Below, in pieces: positions 30,132-40,522 of a DNA stretch of 64,000 bases. The position numbers and the translations under genes are program-made. Source of the DNA: Myxococcota bacterium (GTDB lineage: Bacteria > Myxococcota > XYA12-FULL-58-9 > JALHOP01); assembly GCA_041288095.1 (NCBI GenBank), contig JBGGMJ010000188.1:32001-96000 (forward strand). The letters run 5' to 3'. The notes under the pieces are model-generated. The model saw only the letters and a program-made list of their open reading frames with translations. It was not told the origin of the DNA and made no database searches. Position 1 is the stretch's first letter; each line of letters opens with the position of its first letter.

Positions 30132-32428
30132 GCCCGAGCCGGCGCGCTTTTGTCTCCTTCGCCGTACACGTAGTAGCCATACTCGTAGTATTGGTGCTTA
30201 CCCTTGCCGCCAAGGTCGACGTTGTTCAGCACCACTCCGAAGAGCTTCGCGCCGACATCGTGCAAACGGCGTCTCGCCGCCCGTGCTGCCGGCCACGTCG
30301 TCTTGTTCGCGTGCACGACCAGCACGACTCCGTCCACCAAAGCGGACAGGACCTGTGCGTCGGTGACCACCCCGACCGGGGGTGAGTCGAAGACGATGCG
30401 GTCGTAGCGCTGTCGCAGCGACGTCACCAACGCGCGAAATGCCTCGGTGTGCAGCAGCTCCGCGGGGTTCGGCGGAATTGGTCCGCACGCAACGATATCG
30501 AGGCGATTGACAGTGGTTCGTTGAATTGCCTGCTCGAGTGTCGCCTCACCCAGCACCAGGTTGGAAACGCCGATGTCGTTGCTGACCCGGAAGCTCTGGT
30601 GCAGACGGGGGCGACGCATATCGGTGTCGACGATCAGCGTCCGGGCTCCCGATTCGGCAAGCGTGATGGCAAGATTCGCGACGAGCGTGCTCTTGCCTTC
30701 GCGCGGTCGGCTGCTTGCGATCAGCAGGCACTTCGCTGGTGCCTCTGGTGACGCGAACATGAGGTTGGTCCGCAGCGTTCTACAGCACTCGGCCACGCTC
30801 GAGCGTGGGTACTCGACGATGAAATGATCGCGAGTCGTGTCGGTGTCGCTCCCTTGCCCCTTGATGGCGGGGACTATGCCCAGGAACGGCACTCGCAAGA
30901 GACGTTCGACCTGCTCCTGGGACTTCAAGGTGTTGTCGAGGAGGTCCACGATGAAGGCCGCGACGAGACCGAGGAGCAAACCCGCAACGACCCCGACGGC
31001 GATGTTCATCTTGGTACGCGGTCGGATAGGAGCGTTCGGCGCGATGGCGTTCTCGAGCACGCGCACGTTGTTGACACGCAGCATTCGCGTGAGGTCGGCC
31101 TCCTTCTGCCGGTTCAGCACCAACGAATACAGCTGCTGATTGTTGTCGCGCTCACGTCGCAAGCGACCGTATTCGATCTCCTTCTTGTTGAGCTCTAGTG
31201 CTTCGACTTTGACTCCTTCGATGGCGGCGCGCAGTCGCGACTCCGTCTCGTGAGCGGTCGTGAACTCGCCCTCGATGGCGAGCGTGATGTTCTGGATTTC
31301 GTCCGCGACCTGACGCTCGAGCGTGCGCTCGCGCTCGCGGAGGGCAAGCACACGTGGATGCTCGGCGGTATAGCGAACGAGCAGCTCTGATTCTTCTTCG
31401 CGGAGCTTCGCGAGTGTGACCTTCAGCTCCTGGACCACGGAGCTCTGCCGGACTTCGTCGAGGCTATCGAGCGGAGCTTGCGCCGCCACGACCCGTTGTA
31501 GCTGCGCGCGCCTGCTTTCCAAGGTGATGCGTTTGGCCACCGCGGCGGAGAGCTCGCGGTTGATCTGCTCGAGCGTTTGGGAATTCATGGTCTGACGGTC
31601 CTCCATGGACGCCGAAACCATCCCGCTCGCGCTCTTGAACTCGTGGAGGGCGAGCTCGCTCTGCTCGAGCTTGCGTTTGAGGTCGCTCACCTGGTCGCCG
31701 AGCCAGGCGACCGCGGTCTCGGTCAAATTCAACTTGGTTTCGAGGTTGGCGTCCACATAAGCGGACGCGACTGCGTTGGTGAGAGCAGTGGCAACCTCCG
31801 GGTCGCGATGCTCGATCGCGACGCGCACCAGCTTGCTCTCCTTGACCGGCCGGACTTGTATCTTTCGTTGCAGGACGTCTGGGCCATCGAGTGCGGGCAA
31901 CACTTCCAAGAGCTCGCTCACCGTGCTGTCAGGATCGAGGTCGAAGACCACGAGCTTGTGAGCGAAAGTTGCGCGCTCGTTTTCGGGAAGCAGCTCGACT
32001 GCCGGCCGGTCTACTCCTCTGCTCGCCGTATCGGCGGCGAGCACGCGCAACCGGTCCGCGAGTCCTTGGGGAGAAAGACCGAGGCGCTCGAGCGCGGCCG
32101 CGGCGACGGCTCGCGTTCGAAGCAAGTTGTATTGGGTCTGAAAGTACTCTTCGTTGGCCCAGAACCCAGCCGAGCCTAGGTCGTACACTTCATGAACGCC
32201 TTGCAGGACTTGCGGGGCGTTGCTCTCGATGAACAGCATCGCCTGTGCCTCGTAGATACGAGGCGAGCGAGCCGTCGAGATGATGGCGAACGCAAGGATG
32301 AGGGCGCTCGTGGCGACGACGACCCACCGCCGACGATTGATGACTTCGAGCCAACCACGTAGGTCGACGATCGGCATTTCGTCCGCTTGGTAGGGTTCGC
32401 CGGCCGTTCGGTTGCTCTCACCAGTCAA
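30128..32428 (-). CDS. wzc: Wzc polysaccharide co-polymerase/BY-kinase
   Basis: Two TMs around a coiled-coil periplasmic domain; Walker A SSRPREGKST, VDTDMRRP, FDSPP; Tyr cluster YYEYGYYVYG. Confidence 0.92.
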   Translation of the reverse strand: MTGESNRTAGEPYQADEMPIVDLRGWLEVINRRRWVVVATSALILAFAIISTARSPRIYEAQAMLFIESNAPQVLQGVHEVYDLGSAGFWANEEYFQTQYNLLRTRAVAAAALERLGLSPQGLADRLRVLAADTASRGVDRPAVELLPENERATFAHKLVVFDLDPDSTVSELLEVLPALDGPDVLQRKIQVRPVKESKLVRVAIEHRDPEVATALTNAVASAYVDANLETKLNLTETAVAWLGDQVSDLKRKLEQSELALHEFKSASGMVSASMEDRQTMNSQTLEQINRELSAAVAKRITLESRRAQLQRVVAAQAPLDSLDEVRQSSVVQELKVTLAKLREEESELLVRYTAEHPRVLALRERERTLERQVADEIQNITLAIEGEFTTAHETESRLRAAIEGVKVEALELNKKEIEYGRLRRERDNNQQLYSLVLNRQKEADLTRMLRVNNVRVLENAIAPNAPIRPRTKMNIAVGVVAGLLLGLVAAFIVDLLDNTLKSQEQVERLLRVPFLGIVPAIKGQGSDTDTTRDHFIVEYPRSSVAECCRTLRTNLMFASPEAPAKCLLIASSRPREGKSTLVANLAITLAESGARTLIVDTDMRRPRLHQSFRVSNDIGVSNLVLGEATLEQAIQRTTVNRLDIVACGPIPPNPAELLHTEAFRALVTSLRQRYDRIVFDSPPVGVVTDAQVLSALVDGVVLVVHANKTTWPAARAARRRLHDVGAKLFGVVLNNVDLGGKGKHQYYEYGYYVYGEGDKSAPARA

Positions 32429-33585
32429 AGTCGTTCACCATTCGTGCGCAGCTTCTCCTCGATTGTATCGAGAAAGCGTGCGACGGCTCCTTCGGTCTGC
32501 CAGAAGCGTGCCCGCACCAGCGAGCTCTGTCCCATGATTGCCAGCTTCTCCCGGCTCGCTTCGAATGCTGCTTTGGCTGCGCGGAGGGCGTCCGCTGAAT
32601 CGTCCGGTTCAAAGCTGAAGCCATTTTCACCCTGGCGCAACGCTTCTGGCAAATTACCCAAGCGTCGCGACACGAGCAGCGGTAGCCCCGCGTGCAGCGC
32701 CTCAACCACGGAGAGTGGGTTCGGGTCGTACAAAGACGGCAGCACGAAAAGGTCGGCTGCGCGGTATAGCGCCGGCATGCGTTCATACGGCAAGTATCCG
32801 ATAACACTCACAAATCCAGAAAGTCTGGAGGTGCTGAGCCACTCGGCGATGGATGGTCCCAGGGGGCCCTCGCCAACGATGCAAATGCGCCACTCCGCGA
32901 GCGAAACGTGCTCGAGGGTCTTGAGCAGCTCCAGGATCCCTTTTTCGGGTGCCAACCGTGCTGGCAGCAGGGCGAGCTTCTTCTCGGCCGGTAGACCCAA
33001 ATCCCGCCGTATCGAATCGGCATCGTCCGCGGTTGCGTTCCGGAACAGTGTTTCATTCACGAGGTTGGGCAGGATGACTGTGGGCTGAGGAACATCCAGC
33101 AGCTCGCGGGTGAAACGCACACCGTCTTCCCCCGGCACGGCGATGAGGTCGAAGCGCGAGAGAATGAAGCGTTTCAAGACGCGCGCTGGTCCACGCACAC
33201 GGCCGGGCGTGCGGGTGTTCGGTTCGTACCAAGCGATCCGCAGGCGACCGACTGGTAGCGTCGAGGCAAGCAGGGTGCTGGGCGTATCCCAGGGCCCGCC
33301 CACCATCACGACCGTGGGCCGAGCGCGCGCCAGGGCCAATGGCAGGGTGGGATTTACGTGGAGCTGGCGCCCAAATGCTACAGGGCCGATGTCACGCGTT
33401 ACGCTCGCCGAAAACGCAAGACTCGCTGGATCGCGTTCCCAGGTCGTCGGGCGGTCGGCATGATTGCGCGCCAAGAAGTGGACGTGAAAGCTTCCTCCGC
33501 GATTGCGGATCTGAGAATCGAGGTGCGTGAAGAGATGCAGCCGATATGGCGACGGAATGTTGTGAACGACGTGGAATCGCCACAT
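32425..33585 (-). CDS. GT4 glycosyltransferase
   Basis: NIPSPYR, RLAPEKG and LPSLYDPNPLSVVEA motifs. Confidence 0.85.
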   Translation of the reverse strand: MWRFHVVHNIPSPYRLHLFTHLDSQIRNRGGSFHVHFLARNHADRPTTWERDPASLAFSASVTRDIGPVAFGRQLHVNPTLPLALARARPTVVMVGGPWDTPSTLLASTLPVGRLRIAWYEPNTRTPGRVRGPARVLKRFILSRFDLIAVPGEDGVRFTRELLDVPQPTVILPNLVNETLFRNATADDADSIRRDLGLPAEKKLALLPARLAPEKGILELLKTLEHVSLAEWRICIVGEGPLGPSIAEWLSTSRLSGFVSVIGYLPYERMPALYRAADLFVLPSLYDPNPLSVVEALHAGLPLLVSRRLGNLPEALRQGENGFSFEPDDSADALRAAKAAFEASREKLAIMGQSSLVRARFWQTEGAVARFLDTIEEKLRTNGERL

Positions 33586-34517
33586 CAGACGTCGGTGCTA
33601 AGAAAAGGGCGTTCGCGCCGGCGGTTCGGTTCGATGAAGCACTCGATGGTGATCCCGCAGTCGATCGCGGGGATCGAGAGGTTCGCGAGCTGCGCGATGA
33701 TGTTGATGGCACCGATGCCGCCAGCGACGAGCGCGATGTCGGGCTTGTCGTCGCCAGCATGGTGAACCTGGTCGAACATCGCTCGCGAGCGAGAGATCGG
33801 CAAGAAGCTCACTTCGCGCGCGCCGGTGGCAATGAGGCCCTTGCGAATCGCCTCGTTCCGCCGGCTCTCGGCGAACGTAGCTACGAGCACGTGCCTGCCG
33901 CCGAACAGCTCGTGCCGGCGCGGCCCGTTGAGTAGGGCGTAGACGAAGTAGAAGGGGACATAGTTGCGTTCCGTCAACGCGATGCCGTGCTGCTCGAACC
34001 ACCGCAGCATCGGCTCTACGTATTCGTCGCCCCAGCGATCCTCGCGATGCATGAAATAGGCGGCCACGACGCCGTCGTTGCACAACGCGGGCAAGAGCTC
34101 CGCGAGGCGGTCCCGCGCGCGAAGAATCTCGGCGCGCGAGAAGCGTTCGCCCCACATGGTCCCGAAGCCGCGCAGACGCAGGCGCGAGGCGCCCTCGACC
34201 AATACACCCTTCGCGCGCGCGCGCAGGGAACGTCCAACGCCGCGTGGCCGGCGATAGCCCAGTAGGAGCGAGAACTCTCCGTCCGCCATCCGATAGATCG
34301 GTAGGTAGCTCTTGCCCGTAGCGGCGATGACACGCGTCGCGAATGCGTCGAACTGGGTGTCCGCTGCAGCGGTCGTGACGGAGCGAAAGGCGAATCTGCC
34401 GTATTGGGTCCAGGGCGGAAATCCGCGCAGCGAGAAATCTATGTCGTGGGGGAAGACTGCTCGACCTCGATTGCCGGCCGTGTTTCGCAATGCGCGCCGC
34501 GCGAGATCCCGAATCAT
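33585..34517 (-). CDS. Putative GT-D-fold (DUF1792-like) glycosyltransferase
   Basis: 'YRMADGE' resembles R[FY]GDGE; C-terminal 'IALVAGGIGA...AIDCG'; ATGA overlap with the upstream gene. Confidence 0.55.
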   Translation of the reverse strand: MIRDLARRALRNTAGNRGRAVFPHDIDFSLRGFPPWTQYGRFAFRSVTTAAADTQFDAFATRVIAATGKSYLPIYRMADGEFSLLLGYRRPRGVGRSLRARAKGVLVEGASRLRLRGFGTMWGERFSRAEILRARDRLAELLPALCNDGVVAAYFMHREDRWGDEYVEPMLRWFEQHGIALTERNYVPFYFVYALLNGPRRHELFGGRHVLVATFAESRRNEAIRKGLIATGAREVSFLPISRSRAMFDQVHHAGDDKPDIALVAGGIGAINIIAQLANLSIPAIDCGITIECFIEPNRRRERPFLSTDV

Positions 34518-35827
34518 GTGATCGTCACCTTGGAGCGGCTGACCGCCCAGAAAAGCCCGGAGCCCCAATAACCGAGGAGCGCGCCGTAGTCGCCCGGTGG
34601 GAAGATGATGGGAATGACGGCGATCGTGTAGACGATCCACGCCAGTACCCACGCGGCGGCGGCGGTCCCACGCTGTTGCAGGTGATCGCGCCAGGCAAGA
34701 GCGAAGGCGAAACCCAACAACAAGAAGAAGAATGGTGTGCCGATACTCCCGAGGTCCGACCAGATCCAAGCGTAGACGGTGACCCAGAGCGACGTCGAAT
34801 ACCCATCTTCATCGACGAGTCGCGAGTAGCACGAGAGCGAGTTGATGCTCGAGTCCCCTGTGAGCTTCTCCCAGGTACGAAGCAGGAACGCCGAGTGTCC
34901 GAGGCCGAATCCGACGCCGATGAAGGGCTTGTGAAGGCACGCGGCGAGCCCGTCGAAGCCATGGCTCAAGTAGAACGATCCCGACAGTAGGATGGGCTCG
35001 AGGGACGCGGGAGCACCGCTGACGAAAACGTGGTCGAAATCGAGGTTCGACGACGTGCGGATGACATATCGCGAGTAGTCGATTGTTTTCTTCGACGCTC
35101 GCTTCGCGCTGACGTAGCCGGCATAGGCAGCGAAGCCCGCGATAATCACGGCGCTCACGATCATGAAGGTGCGCAGGCGTAGTGCCGCGCGTCCCGTGAA
35201 CGCCGCGGAGAAGTTGAAGAACAGGGCTACGACGATCACCGCGTGCATACCGGCGCGCGAGCCACTCCACACCGCAATGAGCGACATGCCCAGGACGGTC
35301 GTCAGCGCGAACCACTTGGCGCGTGTGCGCACCATCTTCCAGTGTCCGAAGACGGTGGCAACCAACGGGAAGTGCGCGACGCTCAGCGCCAAGGCGACGT
35401 AGGTCAGTAACGACGTGCCGCGACGATCGATCCAATCCTGGCGCACGGTCGCCGGATCCGTGAGCGCGGTCAGTATGGAAATGCCGGACTGGTATTGCTC
35501 CGCCAAGCCGATGAGGATGCCGAGTGTGGACATAACGCTCAAGACGCGGACGCATCGATCGATGGATATGACGGACGTCGTTCGCGGTGCTGGTCGCGAC
35601 AGGCCGAGCGCATAGCCCACGACGCTGGCGACGTGCACGATGAAGATGAATCCGTAGAGAGTGGGATCGTTGCGGTACTGCCACTCGTATGGGCCGAAGC
35701 GATAGAGCGCCATGAGCCCGGCGAGGTACGCGGTCCAGAGCACGAGCGGCAACCAATACACATGGTTCCTGCGCCGTGACGCGACGCTATCATGCGTCGC
35801 CATGGTCCCCGCGGCAGCGCTCATCAC
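34514..35827 (-). CDS. Wzy-like polysaccharide polymerase
   Basis: About 10-11 TMs; SGSR, YLSHG and WIWSDLG motifs; lies among GTs. Confidence 0.7.
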   Translation of the reverse strand: MMSAAAGTMATHDSVASRRRNHVYWLPLVLWTAYLAGLMALYRFGPYEWQYRNDPTLYGFIFIVHVASVVGYALGLSRPAPRTTSVISIDRCVRVLSVMSTLGILIGLAEQYQSGISILTALTDPATVRQDWIDRRGTSLLTYVALALSVAHFPLVATVFGHWKMVRTRAKWFALTTVLGMSLIAVWSGSRAGMHAVIVVALFFNFSAAFTGRAALRLRTFMIVSAVIIAGFAAYAGYVSAKRASKKTIDYSRYVIRTSSNLDFDHVFVSGAPASLEPILLSGSFYLSHGFDGLAACLHKPFIGVGFGLGHSAFLLRTWEKLTGDSSINSLSCYSRLVDEDGYSTSLWVTVYAWIWSDLGSIGTPFFFLLLGFAFALAWRDHLQQRGTAAAAWVLAWIVYTIAVIPIIFPPGDYGALLGYWGSGLFWAVSRSKVTIT

Positions 35828-37038
35828 CCTTTGCTCTTCGTGTGCGCCAGCGCCGCGATGAGACGGTCCGCTTGAGCGTTCCAGGAGCGCGTGGCCGCGA
35901 ACTTCGTCGCGCGCTCCCGCGAATCACTCAAGCTCGATTCATCGAGCGCTAGGCACTCGTCGATCATGCGACCGAATGCGACCGGGTCGGCGTCCGCGAC
36001 GTGGAGGACTTTTCGGTAGTCGTTCGTGAGCCCGGCCGTCCACGTGGAGACGATCGGCTTTGCGTAGGAGATGTACTCGAGCAGCTTCGACGGGAAGTTA
36101 CGTTGGTTCTCGATCAAGTCGGGGAGCCGTGGATTGACAAGCACGCTCGCGCTTTTCAATGCCTCGGCGAGCTCGGCCCCGCTGACCAAGCCATGGACGA
36201 CAATGCGCGGGTCGCGTGCCGCCAGGGCGCGAATACGTTGCGTATCGCCTTTGCCATAGATGGCGAGCTGCGCGCCGGTGCCTCGGACGTGGCCGAAAGA
36301 ATCGATCGCGAGCTCGACGCCCGCGCCGCGGGTCAATGCTCCCGCGTAGACCACGAGCCCGGTGCGGGTAGCGCCCGTGGTGCGAGGTGGCTCGATACCA
36401 CCCTCCATATGCAGGTCGTCGGCTTTCGCGAATTGCTCCGCCATCGCCGCGGACAGAAACACGCGCAAGTCCGCCCGTCCGAGCGCCAGCCACTCTGCGG
36501 CGGCCAAGGGGCTCACGCGGTTTTCGTGCAAGTCCGCGATCACGCACACCCACGGCGCTTGCACGGCGCCGCGCAGTGCGATTGCAGGCAACGTGACGTT
36601 CGGATGCGCATTGTACGTGACGATGGCCAACGGCGCACGAGCGCGTCGGCGCCGCCGCTTCAAGCCTCCCAAGACACGTTTGCCCGCGAGCGACATCACG
36701 CGCCACCCCGGTAGATTGTGGTAGCCGAGTTGCTCGACCGTGACTCCGCTCCCGTCCTCGCGCGCCCCCCGAAGTGCCAGCGTGCCTTTGGGCCACGCCG
36801 GCACGATCGTGTAGCTCACAACCTCGACGTCGATGCCCCGGCCGCGCAATGCCTCGATCAGACCGCGTTGCCATCGGTCCGCGGCGGGGCTCATGGCATC
36901 GCCATCACCATGCAAGCGCGCGTCCAGCAACGGTCCGAACCAAAGAAGGTAGTCGGCCTGCTCGCTATGAGGCTCTCTGTCCAACGCTGTTGCTCGTACT
37001 GCCGCACTAGCCAAACTGTCAAAGTTAGCGCGTTGCAT
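35824..37038 (-). CDS. GT4 glycosyltransferase
   Basis: YAGAL, LVNPR and FPSKLLEYISYAKP motifs; start uncertain. Confidence 0.82.
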   Translation of the reverse strand: MQRANFDSLASAAVRATALDREPHSEQADYLLWFGPLLDARLHGDGDAMSPAADRWQRGLIEALRGRGIDVEVVSYTIVPAWPKGTLALRGAREDGSGVTVEQLGYHNLPGWRVMSLAGKRVLGGLKRRRRRARAPLAIVTYNAHPNVTLPAIALRGAVQAPWVCVIADLHENRVSPLAAAEWLALGRADLRVFLSAAMAEQFAKADDLHMEGGIEPPRTTGATRTGLVVYAGALTRGAGVELAIDSFGHVRGTGAQLAIYGKGDTQRIRALAARDPRIVVHGLVSGAELAEALKSASVLVNPRLPDLIENQRNFPSKLLEYISYAKPIVSTWTAGLTNDYRKVLHVADADPVAFGRMIDECLALDESSLSDSRERATKFAATRSWNAQADRLIAALAHTKSKG

Positions 37039-37068
37039 GCGTTGGCTCCCTCGCGTACTTCAAGCTAG

Positions 37069-38241
37069 GTGAAGCGTGTATTGCAACGCCTGACGGCTGG
37101 ACACCGATCTCTAGAGCGGGCGCGTCGGCTCCTCGGGACGGTTCGTCAGCAGCGCGAGTACACCCATTTGTTGTCTTCGATGGCGGCGGAGGTCGGCGGT
37201 CGACCTCACGCAACGCCCGACCAGCGTCTCGTCGAGCTACGTGCGCATCGCCGTCCAATCGACCGTGAACGCCTGCGCGTGCTCGCTTTCGGCGCCAACC
37301 AATGGGAGCGCCATGGCTTGTGGCAGGCATTTGCAAGCCACAGCGACTTCCATTTGTCCGAGTATGGCGACGGGCGCGCGGAATCCATTGGTGCCGATGA
37401 AGACGGCGGTGAGCGTCGCGCCTCACATCGTCGTGGTTTCCTCCAGAAGCTCGACGAGCTCGAACGCGAGCGCCCCGTCGACGTGGTCTTCATCTACGCC
37501 TCGGGTGAGCATCTCGACGACGAGCTCTTCGACGCCCTCGCTGAGCGCCGCATCTGGACAGTGATCATGGCGCTCGATGACAAGCACCAGTTCACCAGAC
37601 CGCTCGGTAAAAATGGGGTGCCTCATCAGCTGCGCGCCGCGCTTCGGTGTGATCTGTACTGGACGACGTGGCGGCTTGCGGCCGCCGTGGTCGGTGCCCG
37701 TGGCGGGGCGGCTTGGGTTGCTCCAGAGGCAGCGGATCCGAGCTTTCATCGTTTCATACAGACGCACCGCGATATCGACATCCTGTTCGTAGGTGCGGCG
37801 TATGGTCGCCGCAGAGAGCTCGTCGAATATTTGCGCGCCCGTGGATTGAGCGTGAGCGCGTTCGGTCGTGGGTGGCCCGACGGCTTCGTCGATTTCGAGA
37901 AGACCATCGAGCTCTACAATCGCGCGCGTATCGTGCTCGGTGTTGGCGACGTCGGCCACATGGCCGGCGTCAAGCATCTGAAGGGGCGCGATTTCGAAGT
38001 GCCGATGACCGGCGCCCTCTATTTGACGAGCTTCAACGCCGAGCTCACCGAGCACTTCGTCGTGGGTCAAGAAATCCTCTGCTACGGTTCATTCGAAGAG
38101 TGTGCCGAGCTAGCGATCGAAGCGTTGGCCTCACCCGGCCGCGCCGAGGAGGTGCGGCTCGCCGGAAAAGCGCGAGCATTGCGCGACCACACATGGCAGC
38201 GTCGCGTTGGTCAGCTGCTCGACCTGTTGGCGTCCGCATGA
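37069..38241 (+). CDS. CgeB/Glyco_trans_1_2-like glycosyltransferase
   Basis: DILFVGAAYGRR, FGRGW, KGRDFEVPMTG and DHTWQRR motifs. Confidence 0.8.
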   Translation: MKRVLQRLTAGHRSLERARRLLGTVRQQREYTHLLSSMAAEVGGRPHATPDQRLVELRAHRRPIDRERLRVLAFGANQWERHGLWQAFASHSDFHLSEYGDGRAESIGADEDGGERRASHRRGFLQKLDELERERPVDVVFIYASGEHLDDELFDALAERRIWTVIMALDDKHQFTRPLGKNGVPHQLRAALRCDLYWTTWRLAAAVVGARGGAAWVAPEAADPSFHRFIQTHRDIDILFVGAAYGRRRELVEYLRARGLSVSAFGRGWPDGFVDFEKTIELYNRARIVLGVGDVGHMAGVKHLKGRDFEVPMTGALYLTSFNAELTEHFVVGQEILCYGSFEECAELAIEALASPGRAEEVRLAGKARALRDHTWQRRVGQLLDLLASA

Positions 38242-39014
38242 AAGACAGACACGACACCAAGGCCCTGGCCAAGCAAGCCCTGCGTCTGGCCGTACGCGTC
38301 GGGCGCGCGGGGCGTCGCTCTCCGTCTCCGGCCAAGTGGCTCAAGTTCGCGCGCGATGCTTTGCGCCTGCGCAAAACTAGTGACGCCAGCCTACCGCTGC
38401 TCGATCTCTTTCCGATGCTCGGCGAGGAATCCGATGCAGCTGGCGTTGCTCGCGGCCACTACTTTCATCAAGACCTTTGGGCCGCCCGCAAGGTCAAGGA
38501 ATCGCAAGTCGCGCACCATGTTGATGTCGGATCGCGCATCGATGGGTTCGTTGCGCACTGCAGCCTCTTCACGCCTATCGACTACGTCGATCTGCGACCT
38601 CTCGATGGCGTCATTCCAGGTGTCCGTTTCGTCCAGGGGTCGGTGCTCGAGCTTCCTTACGAGAGCGGCTCGGTGATGTCGCTTTCGTCTCTGCATGTCA
38701 TCGAGCACATCGGCCTGGGTCGTTACGGTGATCCCATCGATCCGCGAGGTAGCGAGCGGGCGCTGACGGAGTTGGGACGAGTATTGGCGCACGGTGCGAG
38801 CTTGTACATTGGCTGCCCGATCGGACGAGAGCGCGTTTGCTTCAATGCCCATCGCGTCCTCGCTCCGACACGCGTGCTCGAAACCCTGAGCGACCTCGCG
38901 CTCGTGTCGTTTTCCGCTGTCGATGACAGGGGCGATTTCGTGGAGAGCGCAACGCCCGAGTCGTTCGTTGAAGCGGACTATGCCTGCGGCCTCTACCACC
39001 TGCGACGCGCGTGA
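38238..39014 (+). CDS. DUF268-like SAM-dependent methyltransferase
   Basis: HYFHQDLWAA, HVDVGSRIDGF, SLHVIEHIGLGRYGDPIDP and FNAHR motifs; ATGA overlap. Confidence 0.8.
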   Translation: MKDRHDTKALAKQALRLAVRVGRAGRRSPSPAKWLKFARDALRLRKTSDASLPLLDLFPMLGEESDAAGVARGHYFHQDLWAARKVKESQVAHHVDVGSRIDGFVAHCSLFTPIDYVDLRPLDGVIPGVRFVQGSVLELPYESGSVMSLSSLHVIEHIGLGRYGDPIDPRGSERALTELGRVLAHGASLYIGCPIGRERVCFNAHRVLAPTRVLETLSDLALVSFSAVDDRGDFVESATPESFVEADYACGLYHLRRA

Positions 39015-40522
39015 CGTCACCGGGTAGGCGCCGCGCCGTAACGTCAACGCTCGTCGCCGCGTATGCGTCCGTGCTGTTGAACGTGGTCAACGGCATCGCG
39101 CTCGTTCCTTTCTATTTTCGCTTCTTCGATCTCGAGACCTACGGTTCCTGGCTAGCCTGCCAGAACGTGGTCACCTGGCTGAGCGTGCTGGAGCTCGGCT
39201 TCAATCTCGTCTTCACCCAACGGTTGGTCCAGGAGCGGCCGTCACCCGAAAGGTTCGCCGCCACCGCTGGCACGGGCCTCGTTGTGACGTTGGCGTCCGC
39301 TTTCGCGGTTGCACTTGCTGGGGTTTGTTTGGCCTTCGCCGGCGACACGTGGATGCCGACCCTCCTGGGCGCGACCGCGAGCAATGTGGATGCGCTGCGC
39401 CTCGGATTGTGCCTCGCGTCCATCGGGGCGGCCATGACCATGAGCCAAGCCGGATTCACGGCCCTCGCATCGGCGTGGCTCGACATGGACCGTATCGGCG
39501 CGATCAACGTCGCGTCCCTCGCGTTGGGTATCGCTGGTTGTTTCGTTGGCCTCTGGGCTGATTTGGGGGTGGCATCCCTTGGGGTCGCCGCCTGCGTTCG
39601 CGGCGTTGCCGGTGTAGTGGGCGTGGCCTGGCATGTCGGGAGCGCGTACGGCTCGCGATGCTCGGCGCCACTCAGGTTCAGTGCGGCGGTGGCGCGCGAC
39701 CTGCTGCGCACCATCGCCCTGCCCGGGCTCGCGCGTGTGTTTTCGACAGTCGCCTCGAATAGCGAAGCCACGGTCGCCGCAGCCCTCATCGACCCGGCCG
39801 CGGCGGCGGCCCTGGGCTTGTCTAGTCGACTGTACGACGTGGCGCGGCTTCTTCTCGTACCGATCAGCTATTCCGTCTTCGCTCCATTCGCGGATGTCGT
39901 CCTACGAGACGGTGTGCCACGCGCACGCGCGCTCTACCGCGAGCTGTCGGCGACGACCCTCGGCTTGACGATGCTGTTGTTGCTGCCTGCTCTCGCGATC
40001 AACGCGTCTTTCGTGCGCGTCTGGCTCGGAGCCGAGGTATTCGTCGGCGAGCGCGTGAGCTTGGCCCTGGCCGCCGCGGCGTTCTTCTACACCTTTACCA
40101 ACCTGCAATCGGTGCTCATGACGGCCATGGGCCTCGTGCGAGAGAGCGCAATCATCAGCATCGTCGACACTGTCCTTCGCGTGCTCTTGCTCATGAGCTT
40201 GCCTTACGTGGTCGGCGTCGTTGGCATTCCGATTGCCGGTGTCGTCGCGGGGAGCGCGACGTTCGTGTTCTGCTCTGTGCGCTTGGCACGTGGTCTAGGC
40301 TCCCGCGTCAGCGACTTGATGCCGATATCCGAGCTCCTAGCGTTGGCAGGCGGCGCGCTTGTCGCGGCCACGATTGCTTGGTGGATCGGACCCGTTGGCT
40401 CGTGGCCCGAGTTGGTCATCGCCGGCACCGTCTGTGCCGTGGCCGCTTTGGCGTACACCGTGACGATTAGTGCATCGACACGAGGCCACGCGGCTAGCGC
40501 TGTGCGAAAACTCTGGCGATGA
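39011..40522 (+). CDS. wzx: Wzx flippase (MATE/PST superfamily)
   Basis: About 14 TMs, 'YGSWL...ELGF' and 'FVRVWLG' motifs, located in the glycan locus. Confidence 0.75.
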   Translation: MTSPGRRRAVTSTLVAAYASVLLNVVNGIALVPFYFRFFDLETYGSWLACQNVVTWLSVLELGFNLVFTQRLVQERPSPERFAATAGTGLVVTLASAFAVALAGVCLAFAGDTWMPTLLGATASNVDALRLGLCLASIGAAMTMSQAGFTALASAWLDMDRIGAINVASLALGIAGCFVGLWADLGVASLGVAACVRGVAGVVGVAWHVGSAYGSRCSAPLRFSAAVARDLLRTIALPGLARVFSTVASNSEATVAAALIDPAAAAALGLSSRLYDVARLLLVPISYSVFAPFADVVLRDGVPRARALYRELSATTLGLTMLLLLPALAINASFVRVWLGAEVFVGERVSLALAAAAFFYTFTNLQSVLMTAMGLVRESAIISIVDTVLRVLLLMSLPYVVGVVGIPIAGVVAGSATFVFCSVRLARGLGSRVSDLMPISELLALAGGALVAATIAWWIGPVGSWPELVIAGTVCAVAALAYTVTISASTRGHAASAVRKLWR

